Source: Mactra antiquata (Eukaryota). Taken from it: 64,000 bases of DNA. The translations under genes were made by a program, and so were the position numbers. Shown here one piece after another: positions 49,761-61,439 of the stretch (positions are counted from its first letter, which is position 1; the number at the start of each line of letters is the position of its first letter). The notes under the pieces were generated by a model that saw only the letters and a list, made by a program, of their open reading frames with translations, did no database searches and was not told where the DNA came from. The stretch is taken from assembly GCA_047288015.1 (NCBI GenBank), contig CM103826.1:3853510-3917509 (forward strand). The letters run 5' to 3'.

Positions 49761-50039
49761 AAGACCTGCATAAAACACCATAAACCCCTTATCAATTTTT
49801 AATACAAACAGAAACAATGTAGTTTGAACATAGTCTGCTGCCATTTAAATACATACGTTGATATCCCAACAACAGTAACCTTTTAACAGTCGTGTCCATT
49901 GCCATAATTTAATGCTTTTTACATTGAAGCTGACCCTCACAACAGCAGTCACCTCTCTTCAACGGCCTATTCAGTATAATGCAAGCTATTGAACAAGGAT
50001 TTTTGTATACATGATCGTAATGTAACATTTGGTGCTTTA

Positions 50040-50210
50040 CGCCGCTTTTTGGACAATTTTCAGTCATATTGTGGCGGTCAGTTAACCTTACTCACTGTCC
50101 CTGGGTAGGCTTAGGTATCTAGACCCAAGCTTTTAACCAGTGCTAAGCACCGTCGCCAGTGGCTGACAACTGCCTTGCATGCACTCGATACAGTTGTTGG
50201 AAAGAGAGTG
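50040..50210 (-). mobile_element. SINE fragment, family F (glucanase intron 5); a second short fragment lies at 50470-50560 in intron 6
   Basis: Sequence gccgctttttggacaattttcagtcatattgtggcggtcagttaaccttactcactgtccctgggtaggcttaggtatctagacccaagcttttaaccagtgctaagcaccgtcgccagtggctgacaactgcc. Confidence 0.7.
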
Positions 50211-50274
50211 GCTGCACATGTACGAGTACCACACACTTTTTGTCCAAATATTAACATGTTAATGTATATTTCAG

Positions 50275-50341
50275 ACATTTACTTTGGAAACAATCAATGA
50301 TGGACCAGATGCATTATCTAGAGGAGCATTAGACATTTGGG
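50275..50341 (+). CDS. Glucanase/betaGRP coding exon 6 (GH16)
   Basis: Acceptor gtatatttcag. Translation TFTLETINDGPDALSRGALDIW(G). Donor GTACGT. Anchored by ORF 50284-50559. Confidence 0.8.
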
Positions 50342-50945
50342 GTACGTATAAATGGTGTAACATATTATCAATCATTGTGAAATGTAGAAAAAAATTCACT
50401 AGCAGCCTAGATATATCGAATATGTGGAAGGCGAAATGTTCGATGGAAATAGTAAAATGGATGCCGTCACGATTGTTTGGTTTATGGTGTTTTACATCGT
50501 TCTTTCAGTCGACCTACTCACTGTCCCTGGAGAGGATTAGATCTTTGGACTTAATTTGATTGCATTAACAGCGGTTTATTGCATTTTCCGTTTAATGTGA
50601 CTAATATGTACGAAATATGCCAATTCTTTTAAATTTTCATAATGTTAGCTCGGTACATTCTGTACTAGACAATATAATCATTCTCATTTTGTACTTGAAA
50701 CGATTTAGTTTTTTTCTTCTTTACATTGCAACGGACAGTGACTACAATCACTAAATGTTATGATTTTTCTGTTGTTTGGGTGGATCTTTAACGATTTTGT
50801 ATTCTGAAAACAATTTCTTGTGAAATCGACGTGATTTTCCAATGGATAAATTGAATTTGGAATGATTCACCCATTCCGGATCTTTCGACGGAAAATCGCG
50901 AAAAGTACCGATTACCAAAAAAAATTATTTTATCTTTGTTAACAG

Positions 50946-51128
50946 GTTCTGTACCAGGCGATGTATGCACTGGAAACAATTTCTGGGGATGCCGTCGTGA
51001 CGGAACACCGGAACATATCATCAACCCTATACAGTCTGCTAGATTGAGAAGTTCCCGAGGTTTTAATTTCAAATATGGTAAAGTTGAAATAAGAGCAAAA
51101 ATGCCAAAAGGAGATTGGATATGGCCTG
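50946..51128 (+). CDS. Glucanase/betaGRP coding exon 7 (GH16)
   Basis: Acceptor ttgttaacag. Translation (G)SVPGDVCTGNNFWGCRRDGTPEHIINPIQSARLRSSRGFNFKYGKVEIRAKMPKGDWIWP(A). The motifs SARL.S...F.YG..E.RAK.P.GDW.WPA are conserved GH16 laminarinase blocks. Donor GTATGT. Anchored by ORF 50936-51196. Confidence 0.85.
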
Positions 51129-51851
51129 GTATGTGTATTGAACATTTATTGTTAATGAATGTGAAGTACATGTATATGATAATAAGTATTCTTTAATAAT
51201 AATAAAAAATAATAAACTTTTTTATTGGGTTTAATGTTTAAAGTTATGTAAATCGATAGGGCTCAATGAATTCAAATTATAAGAAATCATTAACTGGTAT
51301 GTTAATTAATATTATTGTACGCGTAAATTAATATCAAGTAGGCAGTTACAGTTCTAAACTTTTATTTCAAATATTGAAAACGATTCGTACGTGTTGTGCA
51401 GAACCAATAACTTATACAGACACAACATATAATTTAAGTCGGGTGAAGATGGTGCCAAATTCGACCCATCAAAACTCTGTCACTATGCCGATGTCAAGCC
51501 GGTGATTGTCGTATCATATGTGTAAAGTGATTTTTAAAACACCATCACTCAAATATAAATAAAAAGTTGAATTAAAAAACTATATAATCCCGTCTACCTT
51601 TAATGAGTTTAGTCAAACAAATGGAATCGCATTATCGTTTTGTCATGGTATATTCTCTTATTGAATCAATTACTACGTATCTGCGTATTCCTAGCCTAGC
51701 TGTCTAGAGGTACGGACCGGACCACGACATGAAGACGCTTCCTTATAACATCAATATATGAAAAATACCTCTCCTTCTGATAATAAAAGAGTTTTTATAT
51801 AAAATTTCGAGCTCCATTGTTCAGATTAATTATATAGTGTTGTTTCTTCAG

Positions 51852-51929
51852 CTATTTGGATGTTACCACTAAGAAATGCTTATGGAAGATGGCCAGCATC
51901 AGGAGAGATTGATATTGTTGAAGTGAGAG
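51852..51929 (+). CDS. Glucanase/betaGRP coding exon 8 (GH16 catalytic motif exon)
   Basis: Acceptor gtttcttcag. Translation (A)IWMLPLRNAYGRWPASGEIDIVEVR(G) contains WPAIWMLP and the catalytic E-I-D-I-V-E. Both glutamates and the aspartate are intact. Donor GTAGGT. Confidence 0.75.
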
Positions 51930-52629
51930 GTAGGTACATGTACGATGTTAAAACTTGGACATTTTGTTTGATAGCAATCACTCATACATTTGTATACGAG
52001 GAGAAATAATGTACAAAAATACCACACCACACTGATTAGTCCATTCATTTCGTATATCCAAGCAATTGTGAATCCAGCAGGAGCCAGCGGACACAGTCCC
52101 TGTAACTTTCCAAATACTAGCAAATCCGTTTAAATGTTTATTCAAAATGATGTGTTTTGAGATGGACCCCACACTACCCAAGAGAAAATCTTGGACTGAA
52201 CCTTGGGTTCTCTACCAAGTGTATCACATTTGTGCATCCTACATGTATTTCCATTTTCTTTTATGTACTAGTAACGTAAAACATACATTGTTAGGAGCAG
52301 AGGTGACGTGATAGGACACACGCTTAGGAATCGAGAGGTCTATGGTTCACAAGAGGCACTGCTAATTTCCTTAAGCAAGAACTGTACCTGTGATTGCTTC
52401 CCTTCACTCAGGTGTATATGGGTACCTAAGAGGGTGGTATACTTCCATTGCCGTTTGTCGACTGCACAATAAACGGAGTAAAAAACTCTCCAGGTGGATT
52501 TGATAGATACCAGTAGCCCGATGACTAGTGATAACATCTTTAAAGTCGGTGAGCGAGAAACCTTAACAATACATGTACAATTCAATAACTTACTTACTAC
52601 AAGTATGTAGCTATCTATTTATACTACAG

Positions 52630-52747
52630 GTAATACCAACTATCATGATGATAAAGGTCATTCACAGGGTGCAGACAATGCAGGCAGTACTCTACATTTT
52701 GGTTCTGACTTCTGGCATAACAAATGGGATAAAGCACATGGTGAAAA
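52630..52747 (+). CDS. Glucanase/betaGRP coding exon 9 (GH16)
   Basis: Acceptor atactacag. Translation (G)NTNYHDDKGHSQGADNAGSTLHFGSDFWHNKWDKAHGE(K). Donor GTAAGA. Position anchored to ORF 52573-52806, which is in another frame. Confidence 0.8.
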
Positions 52748-52794
52748 GTAAGACTTTCATTGACCCATTGACCTATATTACCGAATTGGAAAAT

Positions 52795-53030
52795 CCCATT
52801 GGTTAGCACAAACGAACAATCCCATTGGCTGGCACAAACGAGCCCTCCTATTGGCTAGCACAAACGAACATTCCCATTGGCTGGCACAAACGAACACTCC
52901 CATTGTCTAATACAAACGGACACTTCCATTGGCTGGCACAAACGAACAAACACTCCCATTGGCTGGCACAAACGAACAAACACTCCCATTGGCTGGCACA
53001 AACGAACAAACACTCCAATTGGCTGACACA
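52795..53030. repeat. Tandem array of 9 units of 26-30 bp, (cactcccATTGGctggcacaaacgaacaaa), each carrying an ATTGG/CCAAT core
   Basis: Repeated cccattggctggcacaaacgaac in intron 9 of the glucanase gene; ATTGG is the reverse of the CCAAT box. Confidence 0.9.
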
Positions 53031-54119
53031 TTACGAGATCTTACACTTACGGTGGCCATTTTGGAGGGTCAGGTTGTTCACATTATTGACAAAGTCAGAT
53101 ACCCTGATAAACTTAGTACGCTAGGCTTAATAGTGAATATACATGTGTAGTGAAATGGAAGAATGCAGCGTAGTTGCCGACGATGCTAGTCTGGTAGAAA
53201 AAAATATATGTGTGCATTAAGTATTTAATAGCAATATTTTACCACCTCCGTACGCTATTAATTGAGCATGCACACAGAAAATCGTTCTGGCACATTGGTC
53301 GACTGTATCAAAACTAACTGGGTACACTATCTCGCGTAGCTTTTGAGTTTAAGTGGAGCTAAGCTTTCAAAACGGCAACATAAAAATTAAATAGGAAGTC
53401 ACATGATGTCAAATCCAGTTATATAGATCAATGCTCATTCATTAACCAATCAGTTATGTACAATAAATGTGAATGGTATGACGCGGCGTCATAAGTTGGA
53501 CTAAAAAGGCTTTACGTAAAAAACGTCTTTTTACATAATGATTTTTGTTTTTCCGTTTTTCATTCGATATGCATATACACATAATTTCCTAGAAATACAT
53601 GTACGTGCTTGTTAATGATGGAAATGGTAAGATGGGGTTTCGTTATAAATGTATGCTTGTAAATATACCGGTTATTCTTAAAATGGGACAAACCAGTCAT
53701 ATACATGTTTAAAGATTCTGAGACTGACGTCCTAATATAGAGACTTGCTCGTACAGCACAACTGTCTGTTATGACGATCTACGTGTAGCACTTTGTGCTA
53801 AAAAGTGTGTAATTTACTAAATATATTTTCTTAAAATTAGTCTGCCGGTCAACAAATTACCTAAAACAGGCAACCCAATGAAATTGCAGCTTGCCCTTAA
53901 TTCAATTTTTTATTATCGGTGTCAGGTACGGCATATATACGACTTTTTACGTGCCTTATAAAATATCTTAGCAACGAATGACATATTGAAAATGCTATTG
54001 AAATATATAAATTATTCTAAAAAACATATGAGTTTGATAAAACTGGCTGTTGTCACATGAAGTTATTATGTAAATGAATGATTATGTCAATGTAATTAGT
54101 CTATACCATTACTTTACAG

Positions 54120-54191
54120 GTTATCTTCACCAGGTACTTACGCTGATGATTTCCATATCTTTCAACTAATTTGGGATGAAGATCACATAAG
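54120..54191 (+). CDS. Glucanase/betaGRP coding exon 10 (GH16)
   Basis: Acceptor ttactttacag. Translation (K)LSSPGTYADDFHIFQLIWDEDHI(S/R). The FH.F...W motif is typical of GH16 glucanases. Donor GTAAGA. Confidence 0.75.
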
Positions 54192-54704
54192 GTAAGAAGG
54201 TTTATTGACCATCTCAAATTTTACCATAGTATTTAGACTGGCGGAAAGCATTTCTTGTATGTCTTTCATAACAACATGATAAGAGCAATATATTTCAATC
54301 TCTAAAATTCTCCGCTCCCGTACTCGCTTATTTTACCTATAACAGTAGTTTAAGGATATCTGTTTATGGAGAATAAATATCTTTCAACTCAAAATTCTTT
54401 TGGTACTGTCTACAATGAAATACTCTCTGAGGGTTTTAAAAAAGGTTGATATTATTCAATTATCCATTCAATGTCAATGGAAAATGGACCCAGTATTTGA
54501 AATAAATAAAGCAGCAAAGACCCGGACTGAAGTTAAAAAGTCACGGGCCATTAACAGTAACCATATATAGATTTCTACAAGGCAGTATACTAAGTTTTCT
54601 CCCTTTAATGTATTCTATTATTTAATACTGTAACATATTAATACAAATGGTACAGCAGTAACTCATACGAAGTTACATCCCTTAAATGAATTCTATGACT
54701 GACT

Positions 54705-54975
54705 GGTTGGGTTTAACGCCGCGTCAACACAAATTATTGTCATTTTACGGCGACCAGCTCACCTAACCTAGCTTTCCTGGACCCTTGTCTATAACCAGTA
54801 CTTACCTACACTTCCACAAGGCCGACAACTTCTCTATAAACCTTATTAATGGAGGAAAAACGACATAATTGTCGAATTTTTAAGAAAGGGTATAACCAGG
54901 CCGGGAGGGTTTCGAATCAGCGACCCCTTCGGGACACTAGTTTCGAAACACTACGCGTTACCACTGCGCCATTGG
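54705..54975 (-). mobile_element. SINE, family D (glucanase intron 10)
   Basis: Reverse-complement copy, full length. Confidence 0.85.
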
Positions 54976-55010
54976 CCCAGGATTAATGTATTGGTATTTT
55001 ATTATTTTAG

Positions 55011-55143
55011 TATCTCAATTGATGGTACAGAAGTAATGAACGCTACACCTCAGACATCAATGTGGGAGTTTGGTGAACTAGATAAAGACGGTGTTGATAA
55101 TCCATGGGCTGCAGGATCTAAAATGGCTCCTTTTGATCAAGAG
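55011..55143 (+). CDS. Glucanase/betaGRP coding exon 11 (GH16)
   Basis: Acceptor ttattttag. Translation (S)ISIDGTEVMNATPQTSMWEFGELDKDGVDNPWAAGSKMAPFDQE. Donor GTTCGT is weak, but the next exon is phase 0 and in-frame stops lie downstream. Anchored by ORF 54991-55182. Confidence 0.7.
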
Positions 55144-55577
55144 GTTCGTATTATCATTGTTACTCCTTATTCCTGGGTTTAAAACCACTCTTAGCAATTT
55201 TAATTTGCTTCATGGGGACCGCTTCACTAATTACCCTGTAATGTTTTCTTACCTGTACTAAATTCCTTCATAAAAGAACCCCCAACCTCTCCTAATGTTG
55301 CTTAACCCTAACTGTAATCAATTATATTGTGGAATTTTGAAGAAAACGTCGCTACCAGGAATTTACCTAAAATTGCCTTGTTCATAGTTCAGAGTATATT
55401 ATTGCGTACTACGGTGCACTATCCCTGGTTTTGACTATTTAAAACCTTTTCTGTATCTCGAAAGTTAAATCTCCCGTACCCAAATGTGTCTTCTTTAGAA
55501 AGGACCACATAAGTGACATTACCATCTAATCCAGAATACTGACTTGTTTCGTAACTTCGTCATCTATTGTTTTGTGG

Positions 55578-55850
55578 TTGCGTTTAAAGCCATGTCACCA
55601 AATTATGGTCATTTTACGGCGGCCAGCTCACCTAACTTAGCTTTTCCGGACCCTTGTCTATAACCAGTTATCACATACCCTTCCACAATGCCAACAACTT
55701 CTCCATATACATTAATAATGGAGGAAAATCGACATCAGTGTAAAATTGAAAGGTATAACCAGCCGGATGGGTTTCGAACCAGCGACCAATACCAATTCCG
55801 GACTCGAAATTCGAAATCTACGCGTTACAACTGCGCAACGGACCCGGGCT
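55578..55850 (-). mobile_element. SINE, family D (glucanase intron 11)
   Basis: Reverse-complement copy, full length. Confidence 0.85.
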
Positions 55851-55962
55851 AATTCCAGAATACTTGCCTGCTTCGTAACTTCGTCATCTATGCAATATTA
55901 TTATCATTTCGTAGCCTAATCTATGCAAGACATAATATTTATAATTAATTACTTTTTTACAG

Positions 55963-56187
55963 TTTTTCCTGATAATGAATGTAGCCGTCGGTGGAACTGG
56001 AGGGTATTTCCCTGATAATTGGCAAAGTTCATCTGGTAAACCATGGCATGATAAGTCTGAATTTGCTGCACGTGATTTCTGGAACGCACGAGGACAATGG
56101 TACCCAACATGGAATCCTGATAAGAACAATGGCGAAGATGCTGCTATGCAAGTTGATTACATCAAAGTCTGGAAGTTGAAACCATAG
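55963..56187 (+). CDS. Glucanase/betaGRP terminal coding exon 12 including the TAG stop at 56185-56187
   Basis: Acceptor cttttttacag. Translation FFLIMNVAVGGTGGYFPDNWQSSSGKPWHDKSEFAARDFWNARGQWYPTWNPDKNNGEDAAMQVDYIKVWKLKP* carries the GH16 C-terminal consensus F.LI.N.AVGG. Anchored by ORF 55975-56187. The 12 exons sum to 1674 nt, or 558 codons, with no internal stop. Confidence 0.88.
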   Translation, partial: FFLIMNVAVGGTGGYFPDNWQSSSGKPWHDKSEFAARDFWNARGQWYPTWNPDKNNGEDAAMQVDYIKVWKLKP

Positions 56188-56224
56188 AACTGTAGTCATC
56201 TGGAATGAACATGGACCATTTTAT

Positions 56225-57045
56225 TCGGCCTGTACTGAATTTGGATCTGATAATATTAACTTATCAAGTTTTGGACATGTTATTGAGTTTTGGATATATT
56301 ATTTAGTTTTGGTCATGTTATTAAGTTTTTAACATATTATCAAGTTTTAGACATATTATTAAGTTTTGGACATACATGTATTATTAACTTTTGGACATAT
56401 TATTAAGTTTTGAACATTATATTAACTTTTGGACAGATTAACTTTTGGACATATTATTAAGTTTTGGATATATTATTAAGTTTTGGATATATTATTAAGT
56501 TTTGGACATATAATTAAGTTTTGGACATATAATTAAGTTTTGGATATATTATTAAGTTTTGGAGATATTATGAAGTTTTGGACATATAATTAAGTTTTGG
56601 ACATATTATTAAGTTTTGGACATATTATTAAGTTTTGGACATATTATTAAGTTTTTAACATATTATTAAGTTTTGGACATATAATTAAGTTTTGGACATA
56701 TTATTAAGTTTTTAACATATTATTAAGTTTTGGACATATTATTAAGTTTTTAACATATTATTAAGTTTTTAACATATAATTAAGTTTTGGACATATTATT
56801 AAGTTTTGAACATATTATTAAGTTTTGGACATATAATTAAGTTTTGGACATATTATTAAGTTTTGGACATATTATTAAGTTTTGGACATATTATTAAGTT
56901 TTGGATATATTATTAAGTTTTGGACATATTATTAAGTTTTTAACATATTATTAAGTTTTGGGCATATTATTAAGTTTTGGACATGTTATTAAGTTTTGGA
57001 CATATTATTAAGTTTTGGACATATTATTAAGTTTTGGACAGATTA
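56225..57045. repeat. Minisatellite with a 19-20-bp unit (taagttttggacatattat), about 40 copies
   Basis: Tandem ttggacatattattaagttt units with variants (gatatatt, aacatatt, ataattaag). It starts ~40 nt after the glucanase TAG stop, probably inside the 3' UTR; the first AATAAA downstream is at ~57505. Confidence 0.95.
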
Positions 57046-58085
57046 CATAGTCTCGTATGTTACATTATCTTTTAATTTTAGCGATGAATCTTAGACTTAA
57101 ATTTGAATTGAGGAACTGACAATGAATTTGGACTTGATATTTGAAATGTGGACGATATAATTGAATGTTTGACCCGACATTGACTTAGGTTCCAGGTATC
57201 ATAAACCCAGATATACTTCGCCCAAAAACATGTTTATATAAACCATAAAGTAAACTCACCTATCTCGTGGATTGGACATAGCAGAAATTCAATTGTACAA
57301 AGTATGACATAAAACTCAGCCACCTATGTCCAACCCGTGAGTTGGATTGGTTTATTTAAACTAAATATGTTTAAATAAGGAGCCAGACTGAAATTTGATA
57401 TTTTGAGAATCTAAGAAAATCTTCCACTGCTTTCCACTCACGATAAAATAACGATTTTTCTGTATTACTGAGATTTGATGTCTTTATTTGTCTTGATTTC
57501 TCTTAATAAAGTTTCATATATTGTTTTTCTTTTTTCTCACTTTATTCCTTGGATTTTTCTAATGGAACGTATCGAGCCCTCAAAGGTAAACAAAATCTTC
57601 TACAACTGCGACCATCTTTAAATTGAAAATGAACGCTACTTTATTTCTTTTCTTATATTCCGACTCATCAGCAACATAAACTGTGGGTTTTTTATATTCA
57701 GAGGGGCGCGATTATCTTACATTGCTTACCTGAAACAAGGAAAAGAAAACGTAAAAGTAACTACAATTAAAACAGACCAATAAGTCAGGGGTCAATTTCG
57801 ACTTAGTGTTATAATGTGTACATTATATGATTAGGATCACTAGACGCTGCTACATTTCAAATAAGGTAACCCAACGCATCATAATTTCAGACAAGAAGTA
57901 TTTTAAAGTTTCCTATATTTCTTTGTGTTCAAATGGTGACTCAGGATCGGGACCAATTGTGACCATTTGGGCATAATGTGCGCAAACTTGAGAGACAATC
58001 GCTAGATGATTATACTTAACCAGTATGGTAACTCTAAGTGTTTCAGACAAGTTGGTTTTTAAGATTTTCCTATATAGATTAGTAT

Positions 58086-58251
58086 ATACAGTAAAGTTCC
58101 GCTATTAAGACCACCTTGGTGATTTCAAAATCATGCGATTTATGACAATTATTAAGACCCAAATGCTTATTTGTGAAGACAACGGTCCCTATAATAAGAC
58201 CGTTTCGCTATTAAGACCATTTTGCTAGTCACAATAGTGGAACTTTACTGT
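58086..58251. mobile_element. MITE family 1 copy
   Basis: Sequence TAcagtaaagttccgctattaagaccaccttggtgatttcaaaatcatgcgatttatgacaattattaagacccaaatgcttatttgtgaagacaacggtccctataataagaccgtttcgctattaagaccattttgctagtcacaatagtggaactttactgTA. Confidence 0.85.
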
Positions 58252-60936
58252 ATATATGTGTGTAAAACTGGTGACAGTCGCGACGGTGCGAGTTTTTAGT
58301 CTTTCGGGCGAATTTCGCCCAAAACGTCTTTAGTTAACAACCACAAATCGGAAACTATCGACGAAAAAAGCCTGCCCAGTTTAACCTGTGTAGTGATACC
58401 CAATTGCGGACAAGCACGTTTACATGTGCCTTGTCCCTGATACTTAATATAACCGTCCAACATTTATTGAAAACGAAAAAACCGTCGTAAATCTAACTTG
58501 TCAACAAATATTCACTTTCTATATTTTGTTTAAGCCTACAAATATATCTTTTTTTCGCGATTAAAAGCAACCAGAGACTTGCGTACTTATTATATAAGGG
58601 ACATATTTCGTTCGGTACCGGAAGCTATTGCCCCCGACTATGAAATCAAGTTCAGCGAGTCTATGCATCAGATATTCAACCTCAGTTAATTGACCGATTT
58701 GAAGGATATAAACAAAACCAAGTAAACTATATTCTTGGAATTCGCGTGTCAGAATAAACGAAATTTAGTAGTGCTCGAGTGATGTCCGTGAATTCTAAGA
58801 TAGTTTACAATGTTGTTCTGAAATCTGACATGGGAGTGATTAATGCCGAGGAATAATGTCTAATTATTTTAGAAACACAAAATTGTAGGTATACAGGCAA
58901 AAAACGTAAATGATCGTTGTTTGCCGAAAATGTTTTTAGTTCGTAAATCGGACACCAGTAAATGTGTAAACCCCACCCTCCACCCACAGAAAATAGTTTT
59001 ACTTATTAATTCCTTAAATAACTATCGAATGGGTTTGGAAATTTGCATATTTTTGAAATTAAAGGGAGGTAATTCATTCAACTGATGTGAACTGGGTCAT
59101 CATATGCCGATTTATGATTCTTCTCAAGTTTGGTATGATTTATAAAATGAAACTGCATATAATTATCATGGCACAAATCCTGTCTCAGTGGGAACAACAA
59201 CATGTATTTTTTCAACATTATTAATAAATTTTACTTAATATTGGAATAAAATGGATATGATGGAATGGATATGGAAATGATTTTTTCTAAAGGAACTTTT
59301 ACTCGCCTTTGTAAATAAACAAACAAATTAAGAGAATCAAGTTCGATCAATACTAATGCAGCTTTCAAAATTTCTTATGGTCAACCAACAGAAATTCTAG
59401 AAGCTGTATTAATATTAATTAAATATATATAATATATATATACATAATTAAATATATATATTGTATATATGTATATCATAAGGGAGGAAAGACAGGATAG
59501 AGCGCCATGATCGTGCGACCACATGCACGACTCATGCAGGTAGTTCGTCTTCTCACGAAGACAAACAAAAAACAAGAGCGTAAGCACAGCTTCCAGCAAA
59601 ACACCAACAGCTCTGGTAACCATGCCTTATTTCCCTGATCTATGAAAAGGGATGGCGTGGTGTTTAGGAACGACCAGAGCCAGTTAAATGCTTTACCAAA
59701 AGAAGGCAAACGCTTGGCTATATGTATGTATAACACTTTACCAAACCAAACAGTATAGCATTTTCTATTATCAATAAATTACTAGCTACATGGTTAATTA
59801 CTTCAACAGATTATCATGTCAATAAAATTCAATTTAACTTAAATTCAGTCATATTTTGAATGTCATTTTCTCTAATAATTATTTAACATAATGCATATTC
59901 TAAATCATAAAAATGTAAAAATAGTAACTTAGTAGAGCATAAATTAAATTTAACACGCACGATTTACTTACATTTTTGTATATATCTTATTATATAGTGT
60001 ATATTTAAACCTATTTATATTTATGCCCGTAGGCGTATCATGAGATCTTTATAAAGCGTGATTTACTCGTATTAGGATATAAGTAAGAAAGGGAGACAAC
60101 CCGATTAGGATATAAAATATCAGTTTTATCTCTCGTTAAATCTTACCAGCAAGCAGGAGGGTTCTTCGAAGGGGTCACTACGGTACCTCCACGTGGTTTC
60201 CAAAATACTTGCAAATAAAGCGTAGTGTTTGGACCTTCTGGACAAGGGTAATAAGTCAATCCTAACAGGTAAAAATACGCAGAAGTCTCTCTAGCTTTTT
60301 TATAATAGCAGGTCCATGTTCCCACATTTTCATCATTATCATTTCTTAGCGATATTTGCCCCCAGTGATGAATATTCTCAAGAACAAAACTCGCGTTTAA
60401 AACCAGTAGCTATAATTCTCCATGGCAATAACCATGTGTTTCATCAATAGATATTGTATTACTGTATAAGTGAACGATTCTGTGCGCCTGAAGGTTCTTT
60501 AACAAAATATCTTAAGAATAGTGACAGTGGGTCAAGTCCTATGATCAAATACAATGTATTTAGAGTTGATACAGGTGGGAATTGATGGAACTTAAAATTT
60601 AATATTATTCATCATTATGCATGAATTTGCACCGTTAATTTTATATGTTCTTGCATTGACTTCTAATTTTCTTTCTACTGTATTCGAAAAAGCTCCAATT
60701 AACCATTTCTATCCACAGATGTGTAGCCCATACCGACCCAACCAATCAGGCCCCACTAACGATACCTCTGTACATGGCCCTGTTGGATCCATGCTCAGAC
60801 AGCGCTTCAAATGTTTTGATTATTTTCGGGCCCTAAGTAAAATTATATGTTTGCAGAGTAATGTATCTAAGTATTCATCGCCGACTTATTTTCATGTTAA
60901 ATATTTCAAGGTTGCAGATCGATTTTTTTGATTGGG

Positions 60937-61152
60937 TAAAGGTCATATCACGGCGGTCAGCCACCTAACTCATAGTTCCTGGAAATACTAAATCTCTGGA
61001 TTTAGCTGTTAACCAGTTACTAGGCGCATACTTCCGTCCGTGACTGACAAATTTGTTCATGACCAAGCCTCACAAAAGTATGCCCCGCCCGGGAATCGAA
61101 CCAACGACCTCATCAGTAGACTTGTGCGCTTCAGACTTAGCTAGTCGGTCTG
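60937..61152 (-). mobile_element. tRNA-derived SINE, family A, 3'-truncated
   Basis: Reverse-complement copy; the body is truncated near the 3' end and the head gggcggggcatacttttgtgaggcttggtcatgaac... is retained. Confidence 0.8.
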
Positions 61153-61439
61153 GCGCAGATCGAGTATAAGTCAGGACTCAGTATTTAAGAAAAACTCATT
61201 AGACACCTTCATACCTTTGAAACCCAAATTGCGTTAATATGTAGCATATCAACGCTCTTCGGGATCCACTTCTTCCTTTTGACCCAAAAGTGCGTCGGAC
61301 CCCTAAGTGCGTTTTAAAGTTTACCGCACTTTGGGATCGGACCCCGAAGTGCGTTGGACCCTAAAGTGCGTTGCTACAGCGCTATGCTGTATAGGTATAT
61401 ATTTAAATAACAAGACATAGTCAAGTTACGTTTTATTCA

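Noticed and set aside
2461-57045. Possibility that any of the tandem arrays (2461, 12130, 31075, 32395, 41285, 52795, 56225) is a CRISPR array
   Set aside because: The repeats abut each other without unique spacers, the unit variants are point-mutated copies, and the context is eukaryotic with spliced genes and SINEs. There are no cas-like ORFs.
57505-57510. AATAAA as the glucanase polyadenylation signal
   Set aside because: It is 1.3 kb past the stop codon, beyond the minisatellite. This is plausible but not supportable without transcript data, so it is reported only within a finding.
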